This document shows positions 61,698 through 64,000 of a DNA stretch of 64,000 nucleotides, in pieces. A program made the position numbers and the translations under genes. Position 1 is the stretch's first letter. Each line of letters begins with the position of its first letter. This stretch comes from Antedon mediterranea (Eukaryota > Animalia > Echinodermata): contig NC_092676.1 in assembly GCF_964355755.1 (NCBI RefSeq), forward strand, positions 26,740,871 to 26,804,870, given 5' to 3'. Under the pieces are notes generated by a model that was not told where the DNA came from, ran no database searches, and saw only the letters and a list, made by a program, of their open reading frames with translations.

Positions 61698-62027
61698 AGA
61701 TGTATTGTCCCACAAAAACATTAAAAATGAAGATTAATTAAATAAGACTTTGAATATAGGTTATTTTGTAGTTTTAATAAAGTTAATCACTTCCATAGAA
61801 AAAAAAATAATGTTTTCACTTATAAAATAACATAATAAATGATTAAATTCAACCAAAAATTCATTGGCTGGCAGCCAATTTGACAATTTTTTGCTTAAAA
61901 TTACAGTTTTTTCAGGTAAATACATTTTTTTAGATCCAATTTTGGATAACTATTTAATGCGACATTAAAATGCCATATTCAACAAAAAAAAAGTTAACAA
62001 TTATTTTTCAGAGGGGACAATACATTT
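61698..62027. mobile_element. MITE family B (Kolobok-like), opposite orientation
   Basis: TTAA|AGATGTATTGTCCC ... GGGGACAATACATTT|TTAA. Confidence 0.8.
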
Positions 62028-64000
62028 TTAATTTAAACATTCATTTATTTAATATTTCCTTTTTGATTGATACAAACGTCTTCCTGTGGGAAACATAATC
62101 TTTTCTATTGGTATTTTTAATCCATGTAAAGGAAATCTTATATGAAATGATCCTGTTGGAAGAACCAATATCAGATTGGGAAAACACCTACTTGTGGTGA
62201 ATTGCTTCGCCCCTTTAAGTACATTACTCTAACCTTACAATACTTAGTGTTGTATATTCTTGTACAGTCGCTCCATAATCTCTTTGTTTTCTTCCATATA
62301 TCTTTAATCTTAAAATGTTTTTTTTACTAACAATTTTATTATTTTATTTATTTGTCACTTTATGTACACGTCAACTAACGATCAAATAACAGTTTTCTCA
62401 TCGCAACTTGTAAAAATTAATTTAGAAAACTATTACCATTTTTCAATAAACATACACATCATACTAGGCCTACATACATTTCTACCCTAACACAATTTTT
62501 CAAAACTTTCTATTATTTAAAAGTCGAAGATAGCCAGGTCTCGGATCCATTCTATTGTCGCCACAGATTGATATCTTCATCAGTACTTCTATGAATGGAT
62601 GGGAACGCTAGTTGATCATACCCAGTACCGTTTTGATCGTACGATTAATCGGGGAAACCACCTCACGACGATTATAGGGAGAACTGCAATCACTATTATT
62701 AATATTGTTTATTGAACTTCAACATCCAAATTACTAGAACATAGCAACAAAAAATGCTGAATTGAGTTCAAATTTACATTAAAAACATTAAAAGGTAAAA
62801 AGTAGGCCTACAATAAATATAAAAATATAAATTCATCACAATACCCCTATATAGATATATACAAAAGGCAAGCATTCATTCATAATAATTTAATTTAATG
62901 ACTATATAACCAAAGAAAAAACAACAAAACACTTGTTCAAGTTTGGTAGGTTGATCGCAGTTATCATAATTGCTAACCCCAAAAATTTCCCACTACTGCG
63001 TAAAAATGTATAACATGGTATAAACGTAGATCTTAAGCACAACCAACAGTGAAGTCTACTGATATTAAGTATCCGTCAATGATGGGCAAGCGTCTTCAGA
63101 AGAAGACGGCTACAATTGGACAGTACCAGTAACCTACCAGTATTATTTGAAAAACAAAGTAGCGGTTGCTACAAAAATATTTTCTTCTTTAATTTCAGCT
63201 ATAAACCAATCTTAGTAGTAGGCTCACTTGAACCCTGGACAATAAGAAGGGATGGCAAGAGCAAAGCTACAACATCCTTTCGTCCCTTTAATACTCATGA
63301 TCACTCCTCATCCTACCATGAATAGGCGTACTTAGATGTACACTTATGTAAACTAATTACTATTATAACTTTCGATATTGGATATTTAATTATTGTGAGA
63401 AAATGTGGTACGTACCAAGAGTGAATTTGTGTTAGTGGAGTACTCTGAGTGAACATCAGTCCAAATAAGGTCATGGAAATATTTCTGAACAGGGCACTCA
63501 AGATTATTTTCCCATTTGAGTGATGGAAGCTGATTGGGGAATATCCCTACTCACTGTACTACAACAACTAGGCCTACAACTTAGCTGTCTACTTTGGAAA
63601 TTTACTAATGTAAAATAGTTTGTACCACTGATAGTTGGAGAGTTAGGTACAGTTAGGTTAACATTTAGCCTAGATACTGTATTATTCTAAACACAATGTT
63701 GGGGCTGGAAAAAAGCTTAAGTTAAAAATCTTCCAGAATTTACAATAACAATTGCAGGTGAATATACCTGGTGACACACCTGGGAATGGTATAAATTGAA
63801 CAATCATACCATAGGTGAAAATAAAATATATCAACAATTGGAGATTTTTCTTCAGTCTGATGAGATATTCTCAACAAATCGTAAAAGGTGAAAACAGGTG
63901 CCAGCGAAAATTTGGGGAGATGCTCAAAGGGAACAGATTTACTGTAATTATTATGATTTAGTATCCAAATATGTTAAACTTTATATTGTATACCAATTAA

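Noticed and set aside
62050-63950. Patches of coding-like sequence at the window end
   Set aside because: Frequent stops and no consistent exon chain or recognisable motif; possibly decayed transposon, not assignable by eye.

Overview
AT-rich, intron-containing animal genomic DNA, probably a marine invertebrate deuterostome (echinoderm-like; inference from gene content and repeats only). Left to right: 5' end of an AGBL2/3-like cytosolic carboxypeptidase gene (- strand, runs off the window), a 5-exon SAXO3-like axonemal gene (-), an intronless class A GPCR (-), and a complete 21-coding-exon POLD1 gene (+, about 1087 aa) whose introns carry nested LINEs, minisatellites, SINEs and MITEs. Then comes a tandem array of four intact genes with intronless main ORFs (-, 559-582 aa). 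They encode a DRE-TIM metallolyase-like barrel (homocitrate/isopropylmalate synthase/HMG-CoA lyase superfamily motifs) fused to a C-terminal EF-hand pair. This array is the main candidate for an undescribed system: a possibly Ca2+-regulated acyl-CoA condensing or cleaving enzyme family, with recent duplication, gene-conversion-like mosaicism and variable N-termini. All exon coordinates were derived by hand and protein identifications are from recalled motifs; no database search was run.
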